In this document: one piece after another, positions 38,118 to 52,134 of the stretch
Numbering within the stretch: position 1 is the first letter of the stretch
How the letters are laid out: each line of letters opens with the position of its first letter
Origin: Selaginella moellendorffii
Lineage: Eukaryota > Plantae > Lycopodiophyta
Assembly (NCBI RefSeq): GCF_000143415.4
Contig: NW_003314346.1
Span: 713,216 to 777,215 of the forward strand
Reading direction: 5' to 3'
DNA length: 64,000 nt
The notes under the pieces: generated by a model
What the model was told of the DNA's origin: nothing
The model's input: the letters and a program-made list of their open reading frames with translations, nothing else
The model's database searches: none
Made by a program: the position numbers and the translations under genes

Positions 38118-40260
38118 TGTAGCACATATGATTATGGGGTGAGATTTGGATATACTGTCATCATGGATCCTTGGAACATTCAGGGATAAATGGGGATAAA
38201 ATAACCACTAAAAACTTTCTTATGAAGCAATTGTTCCTTTTCCAGTTGGCTTAAGGGGAGAGAGATAGAGTGCGTTATAGTTTGGGCCTTCCTTTCGGGA
38301 TGGAAGTGGGGGAGTATATTGGGCCGTTAGGCCATGGTGTTTTCCCTAAAGTTCCGAAGCAAATGATGCACTAAGATTTGGGATTTAGAAGGTCTTATGA
38401 TCAAGTTTTGTTGTACTAAAAGATGTTAAAAACTTAGAGGCTTGGTGTGTTTGGCTGCTTGTGCCTGCACGGAATGTAGTCAAACCTTAAGTTCAGTCTA
38501 ACTGAGATGGGGATTGGGAAAGAAATTAGGAATCCACACTTTGTTGCCTATGCAATAAGTAACTGAAAACAAATAGGATCAAGTAGAAGCTAATACAATA
38601 ACTAAGAACTTTGGCGAAAGAACTTAACTAAAGCTAAAGTAGTGGTGGTTGAATAAATGAGGTAAGCTAATAAATTGGAAAGAAAAATTTTATAGCTTAC
38701 AATTTGGTATCAGAACCTTTTCCTCAATTCTAGTGAAGGATAAAGACAAATTATTAGGAGATGGCTAGAGCAGGGTATAAAAGAACCAAGGTGGAATTGG
38801 AACTTTCTCCAGAGCTAGAGTGTTTGGTTAAACAAAAAACTATGGATGAGGAATTCTTGCAGAAGGAGGACTCTAATAAGGAAACTTCTAAATAAAAATT
38901 CAATGGTAAGTTCAATTGTCCAAGGCTCAATTGGACATTCTAGAAGGAAAATTGGCATAGACCAATGCCCTACTAAAAACACTCATATACAAGCTAAAGT
39001 ATGACAAGAAATAAAAAAAAAAGCAAAAGATTGCCAATGTTGGTAATGTAGAAAGCGTGGATCCTTTGGCAGAGACTAAGGTAGAACTAAACAAGGTTGA
39101 ATAAACCGAAGTGAAATCAATCCTTCAAATAGTTCCCAAATACAAATCAAAGCCCTCATTAGTTTTCATGGGAGTGAATGAATATAAAGTGGTGGAGGAT
39201 TAGTTTTATGATATTGAGGATTACTTCCGAGTGTTGCAATTACTAAGCTAAGAAAAGGTCCTATGTGCAAAACCATACATGGCCAATAATGTTAAGTCTT
39301 AGTGGAGAACAATAGAGGCTAATAAAAGACTAGTGGCCAATTGGGAAATGATAAAAGAGAGGATTCATACAATTTATGTTCCTCCAAATACTACTCTACA
39401 ACTAAAGGATGAGTTGAGTAGGCTAAAGCAGACAGAAATTATTCGAGAGTATGTGAATGCATTTATGGTGAAGAGGATCCTTTTCATGGATATGGGTGAT
39501 ATGGATGCATTCCATGCCTTTATATTAGGCTTACAAACCTAGGCTCAAGGTGTGGTGATGTGTTGGAACCTAACCAACTACAAAGAAGTATTAAATGCAG
39601 CTATTAAATTGCATTTTAATTATAACCTACAAAAGGGGAACATAACAGGGTCAGAGTCCATGTTTAGCAAAGGAGCCAAACTAAAGGGGACATATGGCAA
39701 AAGGAAATTCAGGAAAAGTTTCTCTAAAAATGAGAAACTCTTAGAGTTTTAGAAAGGTATATTTAGTAGTTAATGAGCAAGTATGTGGGGGAGTTAAGTG
39801 AAAAGGGATAAACCCATTGATAATAAGGTCAAGTCTACTAGTAGCATGGGAAACAACATATACTTCAACTATGGTGAAGCAAGATATTTTTTGAGAAAAT
39901 GTCCCTACTCAAAAAAAACTAGAGTCAATATGGTCATTAAGTCAAGTGAAATCCAAACTAAGGCATGTGATCCAGTCCCTAGCTCAAAGTTCCTCATTAC
40001 ATGAGCAACTTTCATAGAGAGTCATTCACAACATTTATTAGCCCTTTGAGAAAAGCTCGAAGATAGTTTTGTTAAGATCCTTATTAATACATGTGCTTTA
40101 GATAATTTTGTGGCTGCAAACATAGTCCAATAAACTGGACTAATAGTGTAGCAGCTGAGTAAATAAGGGACTATAGAGTTTGTTCAAGATAGTTAAAATA
40201 CTGATAAGGTATTTCAACAAGCAAGAGTTGAAATAGGGACAAATAAATTTATCCTCGAGG
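38118..40260 (+). mobile_element. Decayed Gypsy-like element: LTR 38118-38701, tRNA-iMet PBS 38705-38716, gag and protease remnants
   Basis: TG...CA ends; PBS TGGTATCAGAAC; zinc-knuckle remnant YFNYGEARYFLRKCP; protease remnant ILINTCA.DNFV. Confidence 0.7.
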
Positions 40261-41459
40261 AATAGCATATCAAAAGGGCATAACTCTCCACTTGAATTCA
40301 TATGTGAATATATAAACAATATGGTGAATAGAAAGGGGCTAGTGAGAGAACTACTTTAGGAATTTGGAAACAGTAAAAAGTTTCCCTTAGAGAGTTAATA
40401 ATGTGATCTATATAAATAGTTGACTTAGCAAACTAATCAATGTAATTGTAGCAAATAACTATAATTGGGATCATGGGAATAATAAAAACTCTTATACAAT
40501 AAAAGAGTCATAAGATTATCTTTATATGGTTGAGGATGGTGTTCAAAAATTTAAGATTGGAATTGATGACCATATAAGGTCAAATATGGACAAGGATATA
40601 TATCTTTAAAATGGTATATAAGACTACTTTTAATAGATTCATTTCTTCTTTTTTCTACTACTATTATTTTAAAAGTAATAGGAGTATTTTTATTAATAAT
40701 GATAATGGTCTTTACATTCCCAGATGGGTAATAAAGACTAAGAGTGTAATATGAAATTTTAGTAGAATTTTTTTTAACATTTCCACATTTCTTTATATTA
40801 TAAATATTCACAAATTTTTGGTCTCCCTTGCTTTCTATCTCTGCAAAAACCTAATGTATAGATGAATGAATGAGTCTATAAAATTATTTATATTTTTAGT
40901 CTGATGTGTGGTGGTCAATTGTTGAAATGTCAAAATATTGAAATATCAAAATGTTCAAGGGTTAAATTATTGAGATGTCAAAATATATAATACAAATTTT
41001 AGCAAACTTCAATATTCCCATTTTTATTTGAGCTGAAAATGATTCTCTTTAACTAGAATATTGTGAATGTATATGAGTTTGGACTACTTAGTCAGTATTT
41101 TATTGTATAAAAAAATTTCTCCAAATCATTTTCATAAATTTTAAATTCACGAAGGATAACATTTTTCTGACATGAAATTTCTTTATAAAACTTATAATTA
41201 ACTATATTTATTTGCATTGATTTGAATTGAATTGAGCTCAACTTATAAACTCGACTCAATTTTGGACTATCCCCAATTCCCACATCCAATGGGCTCACAA
41301 ACTACCTTTTAAACACTCTAACAAACAAAATTCACCAAAAAAGAACTCACATCAGTGACATAAACACAATGCTCTACTACTTCCCTACAAGCTGCCACAT
41401 TGTAATGCTGCCTTAAATGAAATAAAACTATCTTTTTAAAACATGGAGATCCACTTTAA

Positions 41460-42630
41460 AAACTTTTCTTTAGCTAGTAGCTGATCCAGGATCCATCAAG
41501 CTCGAAGAACTTCGAGGTCGAATATTGGATGTAAATTGCTGAAAGGCACATTGAGTAAACTGCAATCACCTTGGCTTCCAGGCTGCCATCGTTGGGAACT
41601 TGGATCACTTTCACGACCTTGCAATCCTCCTTGACTGCCTAGATGTTCTTCTGGCAGCTCACACCACGGAACATAGACTTGCTATCGCTGGAAGAAGCAT
41701 TCGTCAGCTGGAGTGCCTCCCACGAGTTGTTGCCACTGTCATATCTCTGCAACGTGTTGGCATCGTAGATCCAGTTGCCATGCACAATACAGCGGCACCC
41801 GCACAATCTAGTCATGTCCACCACTTCCCAGGAATGATCTTGTGCTGAGAAAACAAGCGTCTCTCCATTACCAGCGCGCAAGATAACCATCTTGTTACCA
41901 TCCACGACGAGAGCGTTGCGAAAGGCCATGGTCCCATGCGGTGGCAATGGCGGGAGGGGATACCATCGGTCCTCCAATCGGGGCCCTGCAATCGAATCCC
42001 CCAGTGTCGTAGAAGCCCCGCGGTGGAGGAGGAAGAACCATCCACGCTTTCTTGGAGCTACTGGGATTGAACACCATGATCAAAAGTTCGTCCTTTTGCC
42101 TGAGGATCACCGTGGCGACAAGCCATTCCTCGTCCAACCCTGTGCAGCGCGATCATCATAGAACTTGGGGGGCTGGAGATGAGATCCCCATGACACTCGC
42201 AGGAGGCACTGGTAAGCGGCATCGCTGTCCAGGCCGGGGATGATTGTCGTCGCCATAGCCCAGCTCTATTTGCCCTAACTCCAGATCCAAGGAGCCCTTT
42301 ATACGCAGAGCAGGGATATGCCCCGGTTGGGCATCTTGACGAGCCAACGTTTCTTTTTCCTTGGCGTCGCTGGCTGCGAGGAATTTGTCGCTTGCCTCTT
42401 ATGTAGTCGCTATGATGATCACTGCCTCTTCGGGGGCGAGACATGCATCACGACAGCCAAGTCTTCTTTAGGATGCCCCAGTGCGATGACGGTTTAGTCT
42501 CTACGTGTTCTACCAACGCCGCGATGCCCACAATGGGGATATGGAGCAAGGACTGCATTGTTTGATAGGATACTCATCAAGGACGAGAGAATCGCCAGAT
42601 ATCTTTAACATGCATGGAATCCCTCGAGAT
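41460..42630 (-). pseudogene. Kelch-repeat (probable F-box/kelch) pseudogene
   Basis: LLIMVFNPSSSKKAWMVLPPPP, WYPLPPLPPH and LQRYDSGNNSWEAL; frameshifted; paralogous to 43093-44120. Confidence 0.55.
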
Positions 42631-43000
42631 TCCAGAAGAAGCCCACAAGAAAATGAAACAAGAACCTGAAGTGTGTCTGGAAGAGTGTATGCTGGACATT
42701 GGTCGTCTTTTCTTCCCACTTTGCAGGCAAGTATCTGGACAAGACAAACCATCGATCAACCTGCTTGAATCAAAACAGAGCAAACTCTAAACCAAGATGG
42801 CAACCGACAAGAAGTTCATTCCCGCGTTTGCTTCCCACACACAAGAAAGTCACAACAAGCTAAGCTGTTGGACATCACAGCACTGCAAGAAAACGAGTAC
42901 AAGCTCGATCACTCACCTGGGCTGGCGGAGCGTCCTGGAGTGACACACTGCGTTGCCGCTTCCCTACAACCCGAATCAAGCTCTCGCGGCCCTGGAGCAT
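42630..43000 (-). pseudogene. FAN1: FAN1 copy C: start codon, first exon and UBZ remnant, deleted to the 3' region
   Basis: MLQGRESLIRVVGKRQR is a plant FAN1-type N-terminus with ATG at 43000. 42680-42870 matches 51744-51940. Confidence 0.75.
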
Positions 43001-43092
43001 TGTAATGCCATCGGCCGCTTCCTCCTCGCCCTCCCAATAGACCTCAACCGTACTAACACAGAAAAAAACCATTTCATAGAACTTTTCATCTG

Positions 43093-44120
43093 CAAACACG
43101 ACATCCTTGTAGAAAGAACTTATTCATCTTTAGCTAGTAGCTCATCTAAGCTCGAAGAATCTGAACGGCGAAGCTTATGGGATTGACGCTGGATGCTTGG
43201 CTTCCAAGCCGGATCAACGTCACAGCCTTGCAATTCGCCGAGACTGCCCAGATGTTCTTCTGGCAGCTCACAGCGCGGAAGAAAAACTTGTGATCGGTGG
43301 AAGAAGCGGTCGTCAGCTGCAGCTCCTTCCATAAGTTCTTGCCTCCAACACAATGATCCGGCCATGTCGTTCCATAGGTGCACAAAGTAGTGGCGCCGGG
43401 GCAATCCAGTCGCCACTTCCCAGGAAAGATCTTGGGCTGCGAAAACAAGCGTCTGTCCGGCACCACCGGGCGAGCTCAAGATCACCTGGTTGTGAAAAGA
43501 TTTCGTTTCCTGCGGTGGAGAACGCAGCATTGGTGCTGCGAAGCTCCATCGATTCTTGCGTGCATCGAAGACGCTCACCGATTTGCAAGGAGATAGAGCT
43601 TGGGACCCAGAGCCCTGCACTCGAATCCTCCCGTGTTGGGCTCATCCTGGCGAGCTTGTACCGGCAATGCACATTCTGCTATCACATATGCCCACTTTGG
43701 GCATCTTGACGAGGCCATCAAGGTTTTCCACTCCCCTTCTCTCGGAACATCCTATTACGGGTCCTTTGCGAAGAAAATCGCGATGCTGATGCGAGGAAAG
43801 CCAGGACGTGGTGACCTGGACGACAATAGTGAGCACATATGCCCCGATTGGGCATGATGACGAGGCAAATGCCGCAACGAACTCTTCGGGCTTGGCTCGG
43901 GCCGAGACATGCATCACGCCAGCCAAATCTTCTTTGGGATGCCCCAGTGCGATGATGGTTTAGTCTCTACGTGTTCTCCCAACGGACTCCATGCCCACAA
44001 TGGGGATATGGAGCAAGCAACTGCATTGTTCGATAGGATACTCATCAAGGATGGCAGAGTCGCGGGGAATGTTCTTTAAGGTGCATGGAATCCCTCGTCA
44101 TTCATCTCTTTGGGACTCGC
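43093..44120 (-). pseudogene. Kelch-like pseudogene
   Basis: VSVFDARKNRWSFAAPM...WEVATGLPRRH; duplicated at 34421-35425. Confidence 0.55.
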
Positions 44121-44391
44121 ATTTCCTGGTCCTCCGCCGAGAGGATCTTTAAGATGACGGTGGAGGCCGAGTGGTGATTCTATCACATCGCGGTCCCGAT
44201 CGAAGAGCTCTTGAGACGGTGACACTGAGGACTTGGAACTGGCTGTGTGTAGCAGCAATGGATTCTTCGCAGTCCACAGCGGGATGGAATGGCGGAGTTG
44301 CTTACCGGTTCTTATGACTTCAAACAAGGCGGAGCAAGTTGCAGAGGCCTGCGCAGCCGTCTCGGGCCCGGCACTACTCGGAGTAGCCGAT

Positions 44392-46353
44392 CTAGGATCG
44401 ATCATTCATCGTCTTGGAGACCTGGCAAAGTTCCACTGGAACATTAGCGTCCGAGAGAATAAGAAACCAGGCCACCTGTTGCTCGGACAAGCGATCCCCT
44501 GGACCCTTGACTTCCGCCAGCTTTGCCTCTTTCTCCTTCCACAGCAGAAGATCAGGCATTCCAGCCGTCCAGTTACTGTGGTCTTCTGCAAGAAGCTTGC
44601 AAATCGCCGACAATCCTGGACCTCCGATACAGACCGTTATTGTTTGAAGGTCTTCAAGCGAGTACTTCTCCCAGTTTACCCCGCTACATGATGTCCCGTA
44701 GTGCTCTGCCCAAGTCTCAGCCACGAGTTGCCTAGCTCTGCCATCGCGTATGGCTTGAAGACGAGATTCAATAAGCGAGCTTCGGACTGGATAGAAAGAA
44801 TCCGTGCACAAGTCCAATGGTGCAGTCTGCAAACAAGAACTGTAGAGCAACCACGAGAAAATGAAACAAGAACCTGAAAAGGTGTCTGGAAGACATCTGG
44901 AACGTCTGAAAAGATAACATCCCACATGAACAGCCCGAACAATGTCAGCCATATGCCACTTTCTGAATGGACTCCTTTCCAGCCGCCTCCATCTTCTCCG
45001 GCATAGTATTGAAGTGCCAGGTCCTCCACACTGCATTGTTGCCCATCGTAGCCATAAAATCTGCTCTTCATTCCATTGGCATTGTTTGGCGGCCTTCCCA
45101 TAATCGTCACCTTCAGAAACAGAGTTGTAGCTGAAGGCCAAATATCTGGAAGACACAGTACGTACCACTTTGTGTTTTTTCTTTAAAAGCGCTCCATATG
45201 GAGGTACTTTCCACCTTCTAGGAGGTTTTCCTAGTCGGAGAACCCTCCGTTGCAAAGCGATACGATCCCCTCCTCGGACGTTGAAATCGTTTAATCCGTT
45301 TTCTGCAACGAGCAGGCTCTCTTCTAAACGCTGTAAGTGCTCCAAGTCAATAGATAGCCGGAGAGTCCAGTATCCTCTCCGTCCAGGACAATACTGCATG
45401 CTAAGGACCTGCTTGAAGAGGTTTACAGCTTCAGCGTATCTGGTCAAGAGCCAGTTTTCGTTCAAAAGCATTGTCCGCCATTGGTGAAAGAGCGTACCTG
45501 CGTTCTTTCTCCAGAAAAGATGCAGCCACAGTACAGATTGTTGCATACACCCATGCAGCCGAAAATCATGCTAAAAATGGATGCTTGATCCTGGTGTGTG
45601 CATTGATCAATTCGAGTGTAGTCCTTGCTTTTCGAAAGGAGGAGTTTACAGCCTCAGAATTACCAGCTTCCAGGGACATTGCTGAGCCAATTGCAATGCC
45701 TGAAAACTTGACGGTCAGACAAATTTTATAACAAAGTAGGAACGGACCTGCTCATACGCCAGAAAGTCCTCTCGAGAAGCAAAGACTGGCATTGTTCTAG
45801 CGCACCTATAGCTTGGATACTTGATCCTTCCAATATCCACAAGAAGAAAAACATGGAACTCCTGCTCACCGTTTAGAAAGAACAGCCTCTGAATAAATAA
45901 ATAAATAAATAAATTGCTCAGCATCAGCAGTGTAACACTTTGGAGAGGATGTCAACTGACCTGTAAACGCCAAAGTAGAACTTCAAGTGTTTCGGCTATT
46001 CGAATGCATGGGCCGGTTGCTTCACGAATTAAAGCCGTTAGATTACTGCCGCCAAGTATTTCACACTTGTATAAAAAACCAATGATCACTTGCTACTTAC
46101 AAATGCAGAGAAATCAATGCATCTCGAATTGCTGTAATAAGCTGAATCTTTTTCAAACTTAGCGTAGTACTTTTGATCTGTAAGCAGGAACAGAAATAAA
46201 AGCAAGGAAGAAAGTCTTAGAAGTAATTACCATGATTTTGCTGTTAACTGCCAAATCTTTGAGCTCCTGTACAGTCAGAAGTTCAAGCAACTCAGACGAA
46301 TTAACATCCGCGTCGAAAACTAAGTAGCGTCTCTCTGTTACAAGGGAGCAAAC
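44392..46353 (-). pseudogene. FAN1: FAN1 copy D: 3' half (TPR region and VRR-NUC nuclease domain)
   Basis: GWKGVHSESGIWLTLFGLFMWDVIF and GMPDLLLW...AKLAEVKGPGDRLSEQQVAW (PD-(D/E)xK VRR-NUC). Net 7-nt deletion near 45679 relative to copy E. Confidence 0.9.
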
Positions 46354-49300
46354 CCTTGGCTTTTCCCTTGAGCTTGTCGATTGTTTTCCTGAGTTTCTGA
46401 AGTTTTGACTTGGTGCTCTCTCCAAGTTCATTGTCGGAGTCGTCGTCGGAACTGCTGTGAGAATCTGAGTTATCCGTGTCGTCTACTTGTGCGGTCATTC
46501 GTCGAGCTTGAACATCTTGAAGGGCGCTTGCGAGTTCGAGGTAAGTGGCAATGTTGATGTGTGTTGCCACTTCTCGAAGGGATCGTCGGAGGCCTTGCAT
46601 GTACCATTGGTAAAGTAATGTTTCAGTGGCACTGTTGCCGCATTTGCTAGCATGTCGAGTGAAGGTTTGAGTGTAGTTGTCGATGGATTGACCGGACTTT
46701 TGCTTGAAATTTTGGATCTTGTGAAGTCATTGGCTTTGAGTGAGGGAAGACTTGAATCGGTCTACAAGCTTGAGTGTGAGGTCGTCAAAACTTGTATTTT
46801 GAGGAAGTGTTTGAGCCCATTCGTTGGCTCTCTTTCGAAGGGTACATCGGAAGTAGTATGGAAGTTCAGTCGTCTGGCCGTTGATTCATATTGCTTCTCG
46901 GAACTGTTCGACATGTTTCTTGGCATCTTCTGACTTCAAACCATGAAATAGTGGATAGGAGATGTGTCTTCCAATGGGTATGTTGGCGATGGTGGTAGTG
47001 ACTGCCATTTGCTGTTGGTAGTAATGTCGGTATTGTCGAGGTTGTTTTGTCAGGTTGTCACCATGGAGTCCTAAGGTGATTTGTAGCAAGGGGTTGTCAG
47101 GGTCAACAGCAAAGTCGGTGTAAGAGGAAGGTAGTGAATTGTTGTTGTTGTTTAGTGGACTCTTCTCTGTTTTTTTTCTGTGTTGGGACTGTTTTCGGGT
47201 GTGTCGTCGACATCGTCGTCGGTGTCGGGTTGCTTGCCAGTGTTGATTTTTGGAAGATGGTGCTCAAACTTGTTGTCGACGTACTTGTCGGAGTTATGTT
47301 GTGTTGGTTGTGGTTGTTCTTCTAAATTGTCAAAGAGTTCTTCGAACGTATAGTTGTGTGGTGATTGTGGTTTCTGTGGAAGATTGTTGTTGTCAACAAT
47401 TGGTTCGTCGATCTCGTTGTTGTTGGATGATTGTAGCTGTTCGGCAGCTCGGTGTGAGTTGTTGACTTTTTTGTCGAGTGCTTGACTATTGGACGATTCG
47501 AGTCGTTCGTCTTTACTGCTGTTGACGGGGTATATCGGAGTGCAATTGTAATTGGTGAAGTCAAGTTGTTGTCTTGTCAGCACGTTGAAGTCGAAAGTGT
47601 GTTCGAAAAGTCTTGCTGATAGCGGGCTTTGGTAGATGTTGGAAGCAAATGTGGGATATATTGGTGTTGTGAAAATCGGTTGGTATGGCAAAAATGGTGC
47701 TGGTCTGGTGAAGTCTGTGAAGCTGGGCAGGAAACTTGGTCGTTCGTTGTCACTGTAGATGGGGTTGGTGAATGTACCTTTGAAGTGGTTGTATGCTGCT
47801 TGAAAAATGTTTTGTTGCTTGGGCGTAGTCTGTGTCAATTGCTTGAATGTTTGGTCAGGCTCTGGCACTTTGGTGGGTGCCGTCGAGGGTGCTGCCGGTG
47901 GTGTGTTTGGTGGTGTTGTGTAGTTGGAGGGTCTAATAACTTGATTCAACTTCTCTTGGTCTTTCTTTCTCTTTGTTTCTAAATTCTTCAAATCTCTTAT
48001 CTAAACGTCGGATAAGCCGTTGTCGGTCTTCTTCCGACTTGCTAGATGTTCTTCATGGTTTTGGATACATGCATTCTTCTACTGGTTGTCAGTGTCAGAT
48101 TCATATCTGCAGTCAATCATGCAGTTCAGGCAGAACTTTGGGAAGACTGTCGGCGGGCCAATTGTCAATAAAGTTGTTGTGAGCTTGTTCTTTCTTTTCA
48201 GTGCAAATATCGATGGTGGTGCGTGTTGGGTTGGGTTGTGTTCAGCCAAGTTGTGTTGGGTCGAGTGTGCTGGTGCAGTATGCAGACTAGTCTTCCACTT
48301 GCTGGTGCCGAGATGGAGTTCGATGAAGAGTTTTGGATATTTGGGTTTGTCTGGAATGATTTCTTCGATAATGTCGTCGAGTTGTTCAAGACCGGATTGG
48401 GCGATGGTGTGATTGGCGAGAGTTGTTGTAGTGAACGTGTTGATTTTGAACCGAGTTCGGACTGTAGTTTTGGTGCTGAGCTACTGACTTTGTAGGAGGG
48501 GTTGTTGAAAAATCAGTGGTGCGTTGTGAAGTTGTCCCTCGACAAGTTGTCCAATACCGGGTAACAGAGTGATGGGTTCGTTGTTGGTGTAGGTTCTGAG
48601 GATGTGCTTCAATATTGGGAGTGGGCGCAAGAATTGGAATCATGTTGGAGCACTAAGATTGCTGGGTCGACGATTGCTCGGAAGATGGGTTTGTTTCGGC
48701 AGTGGTGTCAGTTTGTATTGAGCGTGCTGGTTGAGGGCTTGAGCTTGGAGTGGGTGGTCCTGTGCTCGGAGATGGAGTTCGCCAGTGAAGTTGCTGAGTG
48801 CTGGGCAACTGGAGTTTCTTGTCGAAAAGGGTTGTTGGTGTTCTTCGTTGGTGATGGGACTCGGAGATCTTGAGAGAGAGCTTTCATTCTTCAAAGATCT
48901 CCTTTGGAAAGCATTTGTCTGTACTGCATTGGACAGTGACCGCTTGGACGCCGTTGATCCATATTGGTGGTGGCATTTGCTTGTTGAATTTAGGCGAATT
49001 GGGTGGCAAATTGGGTAGCGAATTTGGGTGAGTTGGGTAGATTGCTTGATCATTCTTGCTATCTGTGCACAGAGAATGGAGAAAGAACGGAAGAATTTGT
49101 GAACCTGAAAGGGAATTCAAAAGCCGTGGTCACCAAATGAAGAGGTGTAGAAACTCCTCTTCGCTGGAAATCTATTGTTAGTAATAAAACAAAAGAGAAA
49201 AGGGCCCGACTGCGAAGAAGCACGAGTAAAAGAATGCTGTGTATTGATAAGAAAAATGATGGAATGGAAATAGAGATCCACAATTCGGATTCCCCCCTTT

Positions 49301-49422
49301 GAAAGGCTAGAGGTTCTAACTGCTAGCATATACTATATGCTGTGCATGATTTAATCTATGGCTCCGATGCAGCTTTGGGTTCAAAGTCAGAGTCCCCTGA
49401 ACTTGGGTTTTTGGTTGATACA
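46354..49422 (-). mobile_element. 3'-truncated LTR retrotransposon: 5' LTR 49422-49138, PBS 49135-49123, long low-complexity region and gag-like remnant
   Basis: TG...CA LTR; PBS TGGTGACCACGGC; gag-like YPLFHGLKSEDAKKHVEQF and WYMQGLRRSLRE. Contains stops. Confidence 0.75.
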
Positions 49423-52037
49423 GTCCTCCACACTGCATTGTTGCCCATCGTGGCCATAAAATCTGCTTTTCATTCCATTGGCATTGTTTAGCGGCCTTCC
49501 CATAATCGTCACCTTCAGAAACAGAGTTGTAGCTGAAGGCCAAATATCTGGAAGACACAGTATGTACCACCTTGTGTTTTTTCTTTAAAAGCGCTGCATA
49601 TGGAGGTACTTTCCACCTTCTAGGAGGTTTTCCTAGTCGGAGAACCCTCTATTGCAAAGCGATATGATCCCCTCCTCGGACGTTGAAATTGTTTAATCCG
49701 TTTTCTGCAACGAGCAGGCTCTCTTCTAAACACTGTAAGTGCTCCAAGTCAATAGATAGCCGGAGAGTCCAGTATCCTCTCCGTCCAGGACAATACTGCA
49801 TGCAAAGGAGCTGCTTGAAGAGGTTTACAGCTTCAGCGTATCTGGTCAAGAGCCAGTTTTCGTTCAAAAGTATTGTCTGCCATTGGTGAAAGAGCATACC
49901 TGCGTTCTTTCTCCAGAAAAGATGCAGCCACAGTACAGATTGTTGCATACACCCATGCAGCTGAAAATCGTGCTAAAAATGGATGCTTGATCTCGGTGTG
50001 TGCATTGATCAATTCGAGTGTAGTCCTTGCTTTTCGAAAAGAGGAGTTTACAGCCTCAGAATTACCAGCTTCCAGGGACATGTCAACCACCTGAGCCAAT
50101 TGCAATGCCTGAAAACTCGACGGTCAGACAAATTTTATAACAAAGTAGGAACGGACCTGCTCATACGCCAGAAAGTCCTCTCGAGAAGCAAAGACTGGCA
50201 TTGTTCTAGTGCACCTATAGCTTGGATACTTGATCCTTCCAATATCCACAAGAAGAAAAACATGGAACTCCTGCTCACCGTTTAGAAAGAACAGCCTCTG
50301 AATAAATAAATAAATTGCTCAGCACCAGCAGTGTAACACTTTGGAGAGGATGTCAACTGACCTGTAAACGCCAAAGTAGAACTTCAAGTGTTTCGGCTAT
50401 TCGAATGCATGGGCCGGTTGCTTCACGAATTAAAGCCGTTAGATTACTGCCGCCAAGTATTTCACGCTTGTATAAAAAACCAATGATCACTTGCTACTTA
50501 CAAATGCAGTGAAATCAATGCATCTCGAATTGCTGTAATAAGCTGAATCTTTTTCAAACTTAGCGTAGCACTTTTGATCTGTAAGCAGGAACAGAAATAA
50601 AAACAAGGAAGAAAGTCTTAGAAGTAACTACCATGATTTTGCTGTTCACTGCCAAATCTTTGAGCTCTTGTACAGTCAGATGTTCAAGCTACTCAGATGA
50701 ATTGACGTCCGCGTCGAAAACTAAGTAGCGTCTCTCTGTTACAAGGAAGCAAACATATTATGAAGTACACGATGAAAGAAATTGAGTACCAACTAACTAT
50801 GGACTGCAGAATTTGTGTCACCAATATCTTCATAGAAAATATTCTGAAGACGGAACCATGGCCCTGAAAAACCACAGTCTCCCTTGAGTCATAGTTTGTG
50901 CGACGGCATTGAGCCAATCTTACAAAAAGGCGCTGTCCATCAGACGAGATTGAACGAAATGCCTCGAGACGTTAGAACGTCTGGAGTAAAGAGATGGAGA
51001 TCCGGTTCCAATACCACTTGGAGCATGTAGAGAAAATTCTGTTGGTATCAACAGCCGTGGTCTTGTCCCTTGTCAGCTGCATCCATCAGACGGCTCCATT
51101 TGACAGCCAGCACTTTTTCTTCTGAGAGACTTCCAATAGTCCAACTCTGGATCTCACGGAAATCAAGCTTGAGGCATGCAGCTTCCGATGTACTCTCGGA
51201 GACATATCCCTGAAAGCTTTGTGAACAATTGAAAAATGCCCCAGAGATTAGTTACCTGAACGTCTACCACGCCTTTGTCCATGAGAGGAGACAAATAACG
51301 CGAAAGCTCTTTTGGAATATGTCCCAGCGAAAGCCCATCCGCTGTAAGCACCTGGCGCAATGTTGTTGTCAGCCATGAAACACGTCCATTCAGTCAAGTT
51401 TACCTTCACAGCGTATGTATCCATGGGATTTTCTGGTTCCCTTATCAGGTGAACTCGCATCCCAGCTTGGCACTCGACGTCTTTGTGGTACTTACGGCCA
51501 GCAATCCTTGCCTCCAGGCACCCATTGTAAAGATCTCTAGTTTCACTGTTGAGCGCTGCCGGAAGGACGCTGTCGGCCACATCGGGCTCCTCAAAGCTTT
51601 CAAGAGTAGAAGAAACTTCCGGTTTCGGAGACCCTGCCGCCGGGTTACAGTCGACCCCAGTCTCGAGCGGAGGAGACTGCTGGATTTCTAGTGCGCAGTT
51701 TCCACTTTCCTCGTCCTCTATCTTTTTCGACAAGTTGAAGTGAAAGAGTGTATGCTGGACACTGTTCTTCTTTTTCTTCCCACTTTGCAGGCAAGTATCT
51801 GGACAAGAGAAACCATCGATCAGCATGCTTGAATCAAAACAGAGCAAAATCCAAACCAAGATGGCAGTTGACAAGAAGTTCATTCCCGCGTATTTGCTTC
51901 CCACACACAGGGCATTCCACCCAGTCACAACAAGCTAAGCTCAGGCCTCCTTTTATTTCCAGGGAAACATCACCGCACTCCAACTCATCCTGCAGGAAAA
52001 CGATCACAGATCCACCCAAGAAATAGAAGCTCGATCA
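49423..52037 (-). pseudogene. FAN1: FAN1 copy E: 5' two-thirds (UBZ zinc finger, HIRAN domain, TPR region)
   Basis: WVECPVCGKQIRGNELLVNCHL (UBZ) and LEARIAGRKYH...LIREPENPMDTYAVKV (HIRAN). Nonsense codon at 49649. Confidence 0.9.
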
Positions 52038-52134
52038 GAATGGAGGGAAATATTTTATTTGGCTAGGGTTTAGTTCTGCGAAGAGGAAGCGTCCTACACA
52101 CAGCTCGGCGGTGTTCCATGCAGTAATCTCAGCA

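Noticed and set aside
44392-45546. Intact 384-aa FAN1 CDS
   Set aside because: The ORF runs through introns and switches between true and false frames. The copy lacks its 5' half and has a frameshifting deletion upstream.
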